A stretch of DNA of 64,000 nucleotides from a virus: positions 1-64,000 of IMG/VR virus record IMGVR_UViG_3300038701_001169; one strand, 5' to 3'. Under the pieces are notes generated by a model. It worked only from the letters and a program-made list of their open reading frames with translations. It had not been told where the DNA came from and did not search any database. Below, one piece after another: positions 55,073-64,000 of the stretch. Made by a program: the position numbers and the translations under genes. Within the stretch, counting starts at the first letter, position 1. Each line of letters starts with the position of its first letter.

Positions 55073-56626
55073 GTGTTTAATTTGAAGTGTTTTATATACT
55101 GCCGTGTAAGTAGAGACGATAATACTAAATCATCGGGACGTACTAGGAACTCTATTAAAAATCAGGAGAGGATTTGTAGAGAGTACGCTATACGCAACAA
55201 TATACATATCTTGGATACCTTCTTAGATAATGATGTCTCAGGTACGCTGTACCCTGAAGATAGACCTGCTATGTCTAAGATGTGGTCTAGGTTAGATGAG
55301 GTTGATTGTATTTTAGTTTTGGATGCAAGCAGAACAAATAGAAATACAGGAGTGGCTGAATACATTTTAAGAACTTTAGTTGATAAAGGTATAGATCTTT
55401 TAGGTGCTGGGGAAAGGATAGACATTCAAAGCCCTCAAGGTAGAATGATTTTCAAGATCATGAATGTAGTTAATGAAAATTCAGTCAGTGTATCTAGAGA
55501 AAAGTCTATAAGTAGCTTACAAGACATGGCTAGGAAGGGAGAGCTGGCGTTGAATCCATTTACTTATGGTTTCGAGTCTATAGGCAAGAACAAGGTATCT
55601 AAAATAGACTCAGAGATTTCTGTAGTTAAAAAGATATTCGATTTATGTTTAAAAGGAATGTCTACTACTCAGATCTCTTCTTTCCTTAACGATAGAGGAT
55701 ATACGACCAGGAACGGTTGTAAGTGGAGAGCTCGGACTATCTGGTCTATAATTAGGAACCCTAGATTCAAAGGGAAAATTTATCTACCTAAACCGCTTCC
55801 GGAAGGAGTTAAGAGGAAACGTATAGACAGGGATCGATGTATATACGATTCTCCTTTTCCTGTGGTCATTCCTGAAAAGACTTGGGAGTTAACTCAAATA
55901 GCTCTTAGCTCAAGGAGTAAAGGTGCAGTTGCTTCTAGATCCCATAACTTACTATCAGGAGTTTTTAAGTGTTTTTATTGTGGGTGTGGGTACGGCTTTC
56001 AAAAAAGAATTAACAAACAGTCTACTTATTTTTGTTTAGGAAAAAGGGTAAAGAGGTCTTGCTCCTCTATAGCTATTCATTCAAGTGCAGATGATTTATT
56101 CGATAATTTCTTTAGTCTTGCTTTAATGAAGGATATGATTGTTTCAGGTAAAAAAGACAACGAGGTTTCTAAGTTGTTATTAGAGCAGGATTCTCTACAT
56201 AAGAAGATCAGTCAAATAGAGGCAAACGTACTTCAGGACCCGGACAGTGCTAAGCTCCTAATGAAAGTTCATTCGAACGCAGAAAAAAGATTAGAGGAGT
56301 TGAACATAGAGCTATCTAGTCACAAAGCTGAATTAGTGCATGGCACTGCAGATTCTCAAAAAAGAAAGATGTATAACTCGTTATCAAATAAAGATAAGAA
56401 CTTGATGCTTAAACAGGATGCAGAGATCTTGGTGATCGATGAGTGGTTCATAGTCAGTTTAAACAAGCAGGAAGATACTTTTACGCATATAGGTAAGTTT
56501 GTTAAAAAAGTAACTTATAAATCAAAGAACGATAAAAATATGAAGGCTTGGGTTCCTGTATTTCGTCCAAGTGAATTTGATAGTGGAATACCAGAGAAAG
56601 TACTGGCTATCTTCTCTAAGAAATAA
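55073..56626 (+). CDS. large serine recombinase (integrase)
   Basis: GTG start. N-terminal catalytic region IYCRVSRDD, followed by recombinase and zinc-ribbon regions (CFYCGC...C) and a coiled coil. 517 aa. Confidence 0.75.
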   Translation: MFNLKCFIYCRVSRDDNTKSSGRTRNSIKNQERICREYAIRNNIHILDTFLDNDVSGTLYPEDRPAMSKMWSRLDEVDCILVLDASRTNRNTGVAEYILRTLVDKGIDLLGAGERIDIQSPQGRMIFKIMNVVNENSVSVSREKSISSLQDMARKGELALNPFTYGFESIGKNKVSKIDSEISVVKKIFDLCLKGMSTTQISSFLNDRGYTTRNGCKWRARTIWSIIRNPRFKGKIYLPKPLPEGVKRKRIDRDRCIYDSPFPVVIPEKTWELTQIALSSRSKGAVASRSHNLLSGVFKCFYCGCGYGFQKRINKQSTYFCLGKRVKRSCSSIAIHSSADDLFDNFFSLALMKDMIVSGKKDNEVSKLLLEQDSLHKKISQIEANVLQDPDSAKLLMKVHSNAEKRLEELNIELSSHKAELVHGTADSQKRKMYNSLSNKDKNLMLKQDAEILVIDEWFIVSLNKQEDTFTHIGKFVKKVTYKSKNDKNMKAWVPVFRPSEFDSGIPEKVLAIFSKK

Positions 56627-56754
56627 AAGAGGCCGAGCGGAACCACCCAACTCGGCCAAACCAAATAACCGTAACCAAGACCATAAGGACTAGATTAGGT
56701 AATGCGGGAACCACCCCGCAACCAAATATAGACTTAACTTAGTCCTTATTCAAT

Positions 56755-59625
56755 CTAAGAAACGAAGTATTGTGAGTCGAATATACAAGACATATCTAGG
56801 TCTCCTTGTTCGATTTCCCAGTCTGATACACCATTAGCCTCTATGGCCTCTTCTTCACTCATGTGAGAATAGGTGTCTAATACTTCTGTGTTAATAAGTT
56901 CTTTGCATTCTTCCCAGGTATTTGTTTCAGTTACTTCTAAGCACCAGTCACGTATAAGATTTTTACCGTTGAATATCTCATAGGCTGCTTCTCGAACAGA
57001 TAGGTTTAAATCGTCCACCCACTCGCACAGAGTTCCGTAACTATCGTGTACAAGTTTCAGGAAATTAACGCCTTTCTCTTTGCACTTTAGAACTGTCATC
57101 ATTAGTAGAGAAGCGTCTAGGCTATGGATGAAATCAGGAGCCATAGCATTAGCCATTTTTACCCCGTGCATTTTACCTGTTGGCTCTAAGTAGGTTGATT
57201 TAAGTCTTCCTTTTTCATAAACTACTTCGCTTTCTCCTTGACTGTTCTTGTGTATTTTTCTTTTAGGGAAGTTGACAAATATTTCATCTCTTTCCATTCT
57301 CTCAGTAGCTCTAAACGCCTTAAACCCAACCGGCGTAGTCCATTTGATAGGCTTGTTTTTACGTGCTAGGAACCTGGCTACTTTTTGAATCAGGTTCATG
57401 CCAGTGGTTGCGCATTTAGCAGCCTTCTTTAGGGCGTATGTAATTATGTGAGCGAAACACTGAGTAGCTAACTTATCACAAGAGAAGTTCACCTGCATGT
57501 CAGTAATTGCTTCTTTCGAATATTTCCTAATGCCTTCATGAGTTAGTCCGTATGTTAAGCACATAACGGGTCTTTTTGTATGTGATCTATTTATACCGTG
57601 TTCTCTAAACTGCTTTAGGATTTCTATTTTCTCTTGTCTAAAGTCGTTGCCTTCTTTATCTTTTTTGTCTAAGAGCATTTCGACAGCAGGGTTACTAAAG
57701 TCACCTAACATATTGTTAAGATTGCTGGCTAGTTCATCGCTTAATTCATCTGTGCATTCACCTTCTAACACTATCCTCATCATTTCATCTGCAGTATCTT
57801 TGTAGATGTCTTGAGGACATTCTGTAGGGCTTACATTGACACTGTGAGCGACCTGACTATCTAAGTAAAGCATGGCGTATATCTGAATACCTGAGCAAGT
57901 AGCATCTAAATCTACGCTTACATGAGATCTGTGAGTCTCTTTATTCCTATTGTATGCTGTGTAGTCTTTGATTGCTTTTAGGAATTGAACAGGTTCCTCT
58001 GCTTTAGTCCACTCATTGTATTTTGCTGGATTCATGGCCATTGATTGAAACGTTCCCCAGTTCTGACGAACAAACTCAGCTCTTTGATCCAGTGTCATTT
58101 TGTCTGTAGATTTAGTTACGCCGTCGTGTGTTTCTGTCTGTCCCCAGAGGGTAGCTATATTGACTCTAAGCCAGTAAGCACCTCTCTCTGATACTTTGCA
58201 GCCTATGGAGGATTTCAGAATGCCTTTACTAAGGTCGTTGATCTGGGGGTGTAGTGTCGTCGATAACGGGTAGGACCTTCCTCTCTTGTCACAGTTGTGA
58301 GGGAAGAAAAGTTCTGCGTACTCCTGAAGATTTGAGGCAGTCTCTAAGGATCTCATTGACGCACTGCACTTAGATACATTCCCTTTCTTCTTTTTTAGAA
58401 TCTTGAACCAGTGTGAGATGTATCTGTTGTGTACTAATTCGTCCCAGGAGTTGTCACCTTCCTGCTGCCTTTCCTCTTTGTATTTATTACACACATCTAC
58501 AAACTCTCGTTCAGTGTCGAATAACTTTCTTAGTGGAGGTTTTGGTGGAAGGTCTACAGTTGTACTTATTCCAGGTATCTCTACACCTTTTTCTATACAC
58601 TCTAAGATGGAAACCAACATTTCTGTGTCAACCGTATATCTACTTGACTCAATATGATCTATAGCTTCATATACTTTAGGCATCTCATCTACAGAGTGAT
58701 CTTCTTTAAAGTATTTAAACTTGCTTGGGTTCTCTTCGTCCTTGTACTGGTACTTTAAGTTCCTTACTAAAGGATGTCCGTATCTAGAGGGGGAGGTATA
58801 TTGTACAGGTCTACGTATACTAGGTATCTGACAACCTTTAGTGTAGAGTAGGTTAGTAGACATCATTTCTTGAGCTTTATCGTAGTACTCAGGAGTCATT
58901 TGTATGTATGGTATCGTTACAATTAGGTCTCCGTTTTTTCTAGATCTCTTTTTAGTTAGCTCTATTACTTCAAACATATTAGAGTTGTCTAAGATGAACA
59001 TAACTAGCTGAGCACCTACTTCCATTCCAGTTTTATTTCTAGCTTTGTATACTTTATCTTGGTCACGTACACCATAAGCAAAGAAAAGTAGTTCTGATCT
59101 AGAGAGTAGCTTAAATCCTTTTTTGTCTTTATTGATGTATTGCTCTTGTTCTTTGTCAGCCAACAATTTTGGACCTAAAACACTCCCTATGTTGGATATG
59201 ATCGTCCTTCTCATGACTTTTGTAGTGTCTTCCTGAGACAAACATGAATTCATGAAGTGAGTAAGAGAAATAAGTACTAATTCCCTACATCTTGATAGGT
59301 GGTTGTCTTTGTGGTTAGGATATGTGTTGCAGAATCTGCTTAGGTATTTGGATTTTGTTTTTGTAGTGTTTAGGTAGTTTTGGAATTTGTTGGATAGCTC
59401 CCATACTTCTTCTTTAATTAATTGTATTCCGGTTCTTGTACTGGCTCCGTTATTGGTTTTGTACAGAGTGTCTAGATTGTCTTGAAGTAAGTCCTTACTG
59501 ATTTCTTTTTGCTTCGTTTGATATAACTTAACCTCCTCTATGTCAGGGTATCTCTTCTCTCCGTCCCAGTTAGGAGTTCTAGTTATTTCTGCTATTGAGT
59601 TTCGAATTGTGTCCCTTTCGGTCAT
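56755..59625 (-). CDS. T7-like single-subunit DNA-dependent RNA polymerase
   Basis: DATCSGIQ (T7 DGSCSGIQ), HTKRPVMCLTYG (T7 VTKRSVMTLAYG), PDFIHSLDAS (T7 PNFVHSQDGS), LVHDSYGT (T7 IHDSFGT). Confidence 0.85.
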   Translation of the reverse strand: MTERDTIRNSIAEITRTPNWDGEKRYPDIEEVKLYQTKQKEISKDLLQDNLDTLYKTNNGASTRTGIQLIKEEVWELSNKFQNYLNTTKTKSKYLSRFCNTYPNHKDNHLSRCRELVLISLTHFMNSCLSQEDTTKVMRRTIISNIGSVLGPKLLADKEQEQYINKDKKGFKLLSRSELLFFAYGVRDQDKVYKARNKTGMEVGAQLVMFILDNSNMFEVIELTKKRSRKNGDLIVTIPYIQMTPEYYDKAQEMMSTNLLYTKGCQIPSIRRPVQYTSPSRYGHPLVRNLKYQYKDEENPSKFKYFKEDHSVDEMPKVYEAIDHIESSRYTVDTEMLVSILECIEKGVEIPGISTTVDLPPKPPLRKLFDTEREFVDVCNKYKEERQQEGDNSWDELVHNRYISHWFKILKKKKGNVSKCSASMRSLETASNLQEYAELFFPHNCDKRGRSYPLSTTLHPQINDLSKGILKSSIGCKVSERGAYWLRVNIATLWGQTETHDGVTKSTDKMTLDQRAEFVRQNWGTFQSMAMNPAKYNEWTKAEEPVQFLKAIKDYTAYNRNKETHRSHVSVDLDATCSGIQIYAMLYLDSQVAHSVNVSPTECPQDIYKDTADEMMRIVLEGECTDELSDELASNLNNMLGDFSNPAVEMLLDKKDKEGNDFRQEKIEILKQFREHGINRSHTKRPVMCLTYGLTHEGIRKYSKEAITDMQVNFSCDKLATQCFAHIITYALKKAAKCATTGMNLIQKVARFLARKNKPIKWTTPVGFKAFRATERMERDEIFVNFPKRKIHKNSQGESEVVYEKGRLKSTYLEPTGKMHGVKMANAMAPDFIHSLDASLLMMTVLKCKEKGVNFLKLVHDSYGTLCEWVDDLNLSVREAAYEIFNGKNLIRDWCLEVTETNTWEECKELINTEVLDTYSHMSEEEAIEANGVSDWEIEQGDLDMSCIFDSQYFVS

Positions 59626-59721
59626 ATCTACCTCGGTAATTGGTATGGTTATTCAGGTATTGGTTATGTGGTTAATTTAAATATTAATCGATATATGATA
59701 TATTTCAACACGTGTTACGTG

Positions 59722-60147
59722 TTATTTTCTATAAAAATGAGCAAGAACTTTTTCAGTGTACTGTCTCCTTGTCTTTTTCATTATGCTCCCAGAGTTCCAT
59801 GAGGATATTATTTTGTCTAAGGTAGGGTATTCTCCGTACTTCCTAAAGTATCTTGAAACCTCGTGCTTTAGGAATAGGTAACATATTTTGTGGCTTTGTT
59901 TTCTAGAGTACAGATCTTTCTTAGTGAAAGTTGTCCCGTGAAGGTTGTTCACGTGCCTAAGCATTATCTGCCTTATCTGCATACATCCAATTTCCCCGGC
60001 TTTCCCTATTGCATGAGTTCGTCCAGAGGATTCTATCTGCTCTATTGACTTAATGATCTCTTTGTAAGGTACTTTGTCTGCTTTGGCTAAGTTAGCCATA
60101 ATTATTATTATTATTATAATTACTGTGGTTTTGGTTATTTGGTTCAT
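59722..60147 (-). CDS. SLT-domain lytic transglycosylase with a poly-Ile N-terminal segment
   Basis: IEQIESSGRTHAIGKAGEIGCMQI matches the SLT pattern ES....A.S..GA.GLMQ. An alternative start (MANLAKA) lies at 60099. Confidence 0.6.
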   Translation of the reverse strand: MNQITKTTVIIIIIIIMANLAKADKVPYKEIIKSIEQIESSGRTHAIGKAGEIGCMQIRQIMLRHVNNLHGTTFTKKDLYSRKQSHKICYLFLKHEVSRYFRKYGEYPTLDKIISSWNSGSIMKKTRRQYTEKVLAHFYRK

Positions 60148-60160
60148 TTGGTCCAGGTCC

Positions 60161-60706
60161 TTATGGTTTGTTATGAATTATTCCGTCTTCTATACTAAAT
60201 GGGACGATAGATCCCCAATCTTTCAAAACTCCTGAGAAGTGTACTTTATCCTCTTTTCTAATATTTAGAGCTTTATTTTTCTCAGAGTCTCTCAGGTGGA
60301 CGATGGCATCTGCTACTAAAGTTGTTCTATTCATTCTTACAGTTATGCTTAACCCCCCTAAAAAAGAATCTTTTATATCTGTAACTGTGCCTGTCCACTT
60401 TATTTTTTTATTCTTGAACTCTTTCCATCTCTCGTCTTTTTGTAAATCAGTATATGAGGATGACACATTATATATTCTATCTAACTCATCCCATGAGACA
60501 GTGTGTTCACGTACCTCGTGTTCGTGTACCTCTTCTGATGAATTAGATCCTTTGCTTTCGGAATACTGATTATATGCACCCAGAATAGCCAATGCAATTA
60601 CTATTACAATGAAGAATCCTACTAAGCCTTGAATCCATTGAGGACACTTACGAAAGGTAGATATAATGCTGTTGTTGTTATTATTGTCAGTAGCTAACTT
60701 GCCCAT
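60161..60706 (-). CDS. membrane-anchored hypothetical protein
   Basis: TM segment GLVGFFIVIVIALAILGAY. Confidence 0.5.
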   Translation of the reverse strand: MGKLATDNNNNNSIISTFRKCPQWIQGLVGFFIVIVIALAILGAYNQYSESKGSNSSEEVHEHEVREHTVSWDELDRIYNVSSSYTDLQKDERWKEFKNKKIKWTGTVTDIKDSFLGGLSITVRMNRTTLVADAIVHLRDSEKNKALNIRKEDKVHFSGVLKDWGSIVPFSIEDGIIHNKP

Positions 60707-61302
60707 TTAGTTTCCTCTTCTTTAAATGCTCTCTTTGTGTATTTCCTCAGTCCTGATACAGATACGTCTAGAGTAAATGCTATTTTATTAACTGAGTAAC
60801 CCATTTTTAGGTACATACTTATTTTACTATGTAACTGCTCATATTTTCCAGTTGATTTTCTACCTAATTTAACACCTTTTGCTTTTCTAGCTGCTAGAGC
60901 TTCTTTTGTTCTTTGAGATATTAGGTCTCTTTCCAGCTCTGAAAAAGCAGATAACATGGTAATCATTAACCTAGACATTGGGTTGTGTTGAGATAGCGTT
61001 AGAGATTGCTTGATAAGTACGACAGTTACTTCTTTGCTTAGTAGTTCATCTATCAGTATTATTATCTCCGCAGTCTTTCGTCCCAGTCTTGAAAGCTCTG
61101 ATACTACTAACATGTCTCCTTTGTTAAGGGAGTCTAGTAAGTGGTTTATTTTTCTTTTTTCCTGAGATTTTCGAGTAGACATCTCTACAGCTATTTCACG
61201 GTCTATAGATATATTGTTACTCTTACAGTAGTTAAGTATCTCGAATCTTTGATTATCTACAGTTTGCTTTTCTGTACTTACGCGAATGTATGAGTAGTTC
61301 AT
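60694..61302 (-). CDS. small serine recombinase (resolvase/invertase family)
   Basis: YIRVSTEKQ catalytic-Ser motif, SRLGR, and a C-terminal HTH. 202 aa. Confidence 0.75.
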   Translation of the reverse strand: MNYSYIRVSTEKQTVDNQRFEILNYCKSNNISIDREIAVEMSTRKSQEKRKINHLLDSLNKGDMLVVSELSRLGRKTAEIIILIDELLSKEVTVVLIKQSLTLSQHNPMSRLMITMLSAFSELERDLISQRTKEALAARKAKGVKLGRKSTGKYEQLHSKISMYLKMGYSVNKIAFTLDVSVSGLRKYTKRAFKEEETKWAS

Positions 61303-61375
61303 GAGTGTGTCCTGTTTGGTCTTGGTTATTTGGTTTACATGTAATTATAGCACGCCATTAAGGTATTGTCAATTA

Positions 61376-61639
61376 TTAATTAGGCTTATTTTCTTTGAAC
61401 TCCTTCATTAAACTAGTGCAATAGCAGTCTACATCATGAGCTATCATTCTATAAGAATTTTGCAGGTTATTTAGATCTTCCTGTAAATCATTGATTATCT
61501 GCTGCGCACGGTCAGGACTTACCTTATCTTCTAATTGATCGTTGTTTAGTTGATCAATCTTGTTGAGTAGATTTCCAATAACCTGTATTGTTGTAGTTGT
61601 AGTTATTCTTATTCCATCCTCGTTGTTAAATAGCGTCAT
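61376..61639 (-). CDS. hypothetical protein (first gene of the leftward operon)
   Basis: ORF track. Confidence 0.45.
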   Translation of the reverse strand: MTLFNNEDGIRITTTTTIQVIGNLLNKIDQLNNDQLEDKVSPDRAQQIINDLQEDLNNLQNSYRMIAHDVDCYCTSLMKEFKENKPN

Positions 61640-61900
61640 ACGCTTCCCCTTATTGCTTTGTTAATGTGTACTATTAAGCTTACTTTACACGTTAGATGAG
61701 TTTTATCCAGTGTTAGATTGCTTTAAACAGTCCTGTACTTTATATGTTTATACAGTACATTCAAGTAAGGGACATTTGGGTTCCCTGCCGTGTCCCTACC
61801 TAGAAATAATCTACTTTTTATTAAATTTACCTCCTTAATTAGCTGCATTTTTGGTTAGGTTATTTTACAGTTAGTGAGAATGTTATTTCAATATTTCTTA

Positions 61901-61929
61901 TTGACTATTCCTTTATATCAATATATAAT
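61901..61929 (+). promoter_or_regulatory. sigma70-type promoter TTGACT-17 nt-TATAAT
   Basis: Read directly. It lies about 60 nt upstream of the HTH regulator gene. Confidence 0.6.
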
Positions 61930-61989
61930 ACAAGTAATTCAATTAATTCAATTAACATAGGACAGGTATTTGAAACCTGATTTAATAGT

Positions 61990-62415
61990 ATGAGTTACGA
62001 AAAAGACTCCTACAGCTACGTCGTGTCTGTAAAGGTTGTGGACATTCTGCGTAGGTGGATGGAAAAGACTAAAACTAGCCAGACTGGACTTGCTCAGGAA
62101 ATAGGCACTACCCAGTCCGCTGTCCAGAGATGGATGAGTAAGCCTGGTAGTGTAGCTAGAGGCGACCATGCTAGGAGCCTTGAGAAGTTGGTCAATAAGA
62201 TCCAGGATGAGAAGCCTATGGTTCTTGACGGGCGTGTCTATAACCGAATATGTAAGTATAAAGAAGATAAGGATATGTCTATAGAAGAACTCGCTGACTC
62301 TCTTGACATGAGTCTCTACGATTGTATTACTTTGATTGAACGTTTTCATGGAAGTGTGTCTCCCGACTCCTACTTTAAGATAATGAAACTTTATATCGAC
62401 ATCTGCGAAGAGTAA
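61990..62415 (+). CDS. XRE-family HTH transcriptional regulator (CI-like candidate)
   Basis: HTH TSQTGLAQEIGTTQSAVQRWMS. It is divergent from the leftward operon. Confidence 0.6.
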   Translation: MSYEKDSYSYVVSVKVVDILRRWMEKTKTSQTGLAQEIGTTQSAVQRWMSKPGSVARGDHARSLEKLVNKIQDEKPMVLDGRVYNRICKYKEDKDMSIEELADSLDMSLYDCITLIERFHGSVSPDSYFKIMKLYIDICEE

Positions 62416-62419
62416 CCCT

Positions 62420-62474
62420 GGGGGAGGGGTATTGCTCTGATGTGCAGTATAGTAAGGGGGTATAGGGGGAGGGG
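62420..62474 (+). repeat. G-tract cluster (GGGGGAGGGG twice plus GGGGG)
   Basis: Five runs of at least 4 G within 55 nt, between convergent genes. Confidence 0.7.
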
Positions 62475-62492
62475 TGTCTGCATTTCCAGTAA

Positions 62493-62717
62493 CTACGCAC
62501 TTAATTTATTTCCTAGTTGATTAAGTACTTCGTCCATTAATTCAGGGTATTCGTAACCTATTTCCTTAAGTATTAATTCTTTAGATCTGGACAACATAGA
62601 AGAGTATCCAAAAGGTCTGAGCGCTTTTACCCACTCATCGTAAGTCATTTTTTCTTGATTGTATGTTACGCTGCAAGTGTGTCTTAGTAGGTTTACTTGT
62701 TCTTTTTTTAGATGCAT
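62493..62717 (-). CDS. hypothetical protein
   Basis: ORF track. Confidence 0.5.
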   Translation of the reverse strand: MHLKKEQVNLLRHTCSVTYNQEKMTYDEWVKALRPFGYSSMLSRSKELILKEIGYEYPELMDEVLNQLGNKLSA

Positions 62718-62938
62718 TTTTTATTTGGTTTTTATCTAGTTCTAAAGTTATCTTATTCATTTTTTCATCCTTATGGTTTCAGTATAATTTCTAATAATTT
62801 TCCGACAATTAGGTCTCAAAGTACAGATATTGTCAAAATCCAACAATTTTTCAGAGGTTGCTTATGTGCTTTTAGACACTAAGCCTAAGTTTCAACAGAA
62901 AAATCGATGTCCAGGGCCTTTATATGACATGTGTTTGA

Positions 62939-63121
62939 TCAGAATTGTGTGAGCTCTTTGTGCTTGTCTCTTTCTTGTATGTGGATATACTTAACTGCTT
63001 CGGTCACGTCGTGAAATGATTCGACGGGCTCGCCTGTCTTCTTAAAGACTTCATACGTTGTTTCATTTGTCTGTTCATTCTCATACAGTTTGAACGTGTA
63101 TGAGTTCATTAGTTCTTTCAT
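62939..63121 (-). CDS. hypothetical protein
   Basis: ORF track, preceded by the repeat-expanded leader. Confidence 0.5.
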   Translation of the reverse strand: MKELMNSYTFKLYENEQTNETTYEVFKKTGEPVESFHDVTEAVKYIHIQERDKHKELTQF

Positions 63122-63132
63122 GGTTATGTCCT

Positions 63133-63183
63133 TTGGTTACTTGGTTACTTGGTTACTGGTTACTGGTTACTGGTTACTTGGTC
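63133..63183. repeat. six tandem GGTTAC units (GTAACC in the gene sense) with 1-2 T spacers
   Basis: Read directly, in the leader of the 63121 gene. Confidence 0.85.
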
Positions 63184-63262
63184 TATGGTTTTCATACTTG
63201 TGAAGTGTGCACACTGGTTAAAATGTGCACTGTTCAAGAGTAAGCGGTTTTAATTACTTGTT

Positions 63263-63484
63263 CTATCGTTCAATAGTGATTTTTACGCACTTAGACATAA
63301 TTTCTAAGGGGTAAGGACTAGTACAAAACATTGAGCCTAGAAAGTATTGTTCTAGTTCTTTATCTGTCCTGCTACCGTTTACACTTGTTGACCACTTATG
63401 ATCATTTTCACATTCTAGGTGACAAGTAACAAAGGTGTTTTCTACTTTCTTTTCTTCCCTGTATTTATCGAGATAATAGCCCAT
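63263..63484 (-). CDS. hypothetical protein
   Basis: ORF track. Confidence 0.5.
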   Translation of the reverse strand: MGYYLDKYREEKKVENTFVTCHLECENDHKWSTSVNGSRTDKELEQYFLGSMFCTSPYPLEIMSKCVKITIER

Positions 63485-63486
63485 GT

Positions 63487-64000
63487 TTAAAGTCCCTTAA
63501 CTAGTTCTAAGTTATGTCTATTCAGACACAAAAACTTTGTTGGAAGTTCTTTGTCTGTAAACGTGACTATGTAGCTAGGTATGGCTTGTTTAAATGTTTT
63601 CTTTTTCCACTGGCTGCCGTACTTGTATTTAGCCATAGTTTCAGAGATTTTTATATTTTCGCCTGTACGTTTACAAGTATAGAATAGTTGATTACTTGTC
63701 CCTGTTTTAGTGACTGTACCTAGCTGATTAAAAAAGTTTGTGTCTAAGTCTTCACTAGGTACTGTTCTAACTGTGTCACCTTGCTTTATATCTTCGCACA
63801 GTTGGTTGTGATGTAGTTCATAAACGGCACTGATTAGTTTAATATCTTTGTTTAGTCTCTTGCTAAGTTCTTTAATACAGATATCTAAGGTTTTAAAGCT
63901 TTCCGGCGCTCTGTAATTAGTGCGGTTATCTGTGACTGTACAAACTGAATTATCATCGAACTCGTATATTTGAATTAAGGGTAAATGATCTTTTACGTAA
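63487..64000 (-). CDS. hypothetical protein, 5'-truncated by the window edge
   Basis: I translated 171 open codons from 63999 down to TAA at 63487-63489 by hand. The next ATG follows 3 nt later. Confidence 0.5.
   Translation of the reverse strand, partial: YVKDHLPLIQIYEFDDNSVCTVTDNRTNYRAPESFKTLDICIKELSKRLNKDIKLISAVYELHHNQLCEDIKQGDTVRTVPSEDLDTNFFNQLGTVTKTGTSNQLFYTCKRTGENIKISETMAKYKYGSQWKKKTFKQAIPSYIVTFTDKELPTKFLCLNRHNLELVKGL

Noticed and set aside
61948-62349. A 133-aa minus-strand ORF lies opposite the HTH regulator gene.
   Set aside because: The + strand frame has a clear XRE-type HTH and a consensus promoter. The antisense frame has no motifs.
1-64000. The phage might use stop-codon reassignment (TAG or TGA recoding).
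   Set aside because: All large structural and replication genes are intact long ORFs under the standard code. The two tRNAs have ordinary sense anticodons (UCC, UGU).

Overview
The window looks like most of a tailed-phage or prophage genome. It is AT-rich: one hand-counted 120-nt sample at 29401-29520 is 42% GC. It has two convergent gene blocks.

The + strand block (about 526-26324) carries small nuclease-like genes, two canonical tRNAs (Gly-UCC, Thr-UGU), TerL, a Mu/DUF935-like portal, an XkdF-like protease/scaffold and the major capsid. It continues with a contractile-tail module (sheath, tube, G/GT chaperone with a GGGAAAG -1 slip site, tape measure), a Mu/P2-like baseplate (hub, spike, W/gp25-like, J-like), fibres with a tail-collar domain, a class-3 lipase-like protein and two small membrane or lipoprotein genes. 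The block ends at a 27-bp-arm perfect palindrome (26323-26392).

The - strand block (26386-54838) encodes:
- dNMP kinase and many small ORFs
- an HNH-AP2 homing endonuclease and a metallophosphoesterase
- a family-A DNA polymerase and a dCMP deaminase
- a C5 cytosine methyltransferase interrupted by a LAGLIDADG intein
- a Pnk-like kinase and an Rnl2-like RNA ligase
- a 1.6-kb non-coding island with three tRNA-like genes that lack a normal anticodon arm
- a RuvC-like resolvase and an SNF2 helicase
- a PAPS-reductase-like gene split at an A9 tract
- a Cas4-like nuclease, an SF3 helicase and an AEP-like primase

The right end holds a large serine integrase (+), a T7-like single-subunit RNA polymerase, an SLT-domain protein, a small serine recombinase and a divergent XRE-type HTH regulator behind a near-consensus sigma70 promoter.

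The most unusual observations are:
- The methyltransferase locus has two same-strand reading frames that each stay open for more than 700 codons, with methyltransferase-type motifs split between them.
- The expanded tRNA-like genes sit next to an RNA-repair gene pair.
- A 24-nt T7/T3-like promoter motif sits at the head of each of the two big blocks.
- A CA-rich leader (ACCAAATAACCAAGGA) is reused upstream of many start codons and is locally expanded into tandem arrays.

Every functional call comes from motif recognition by eye. No database search was run.
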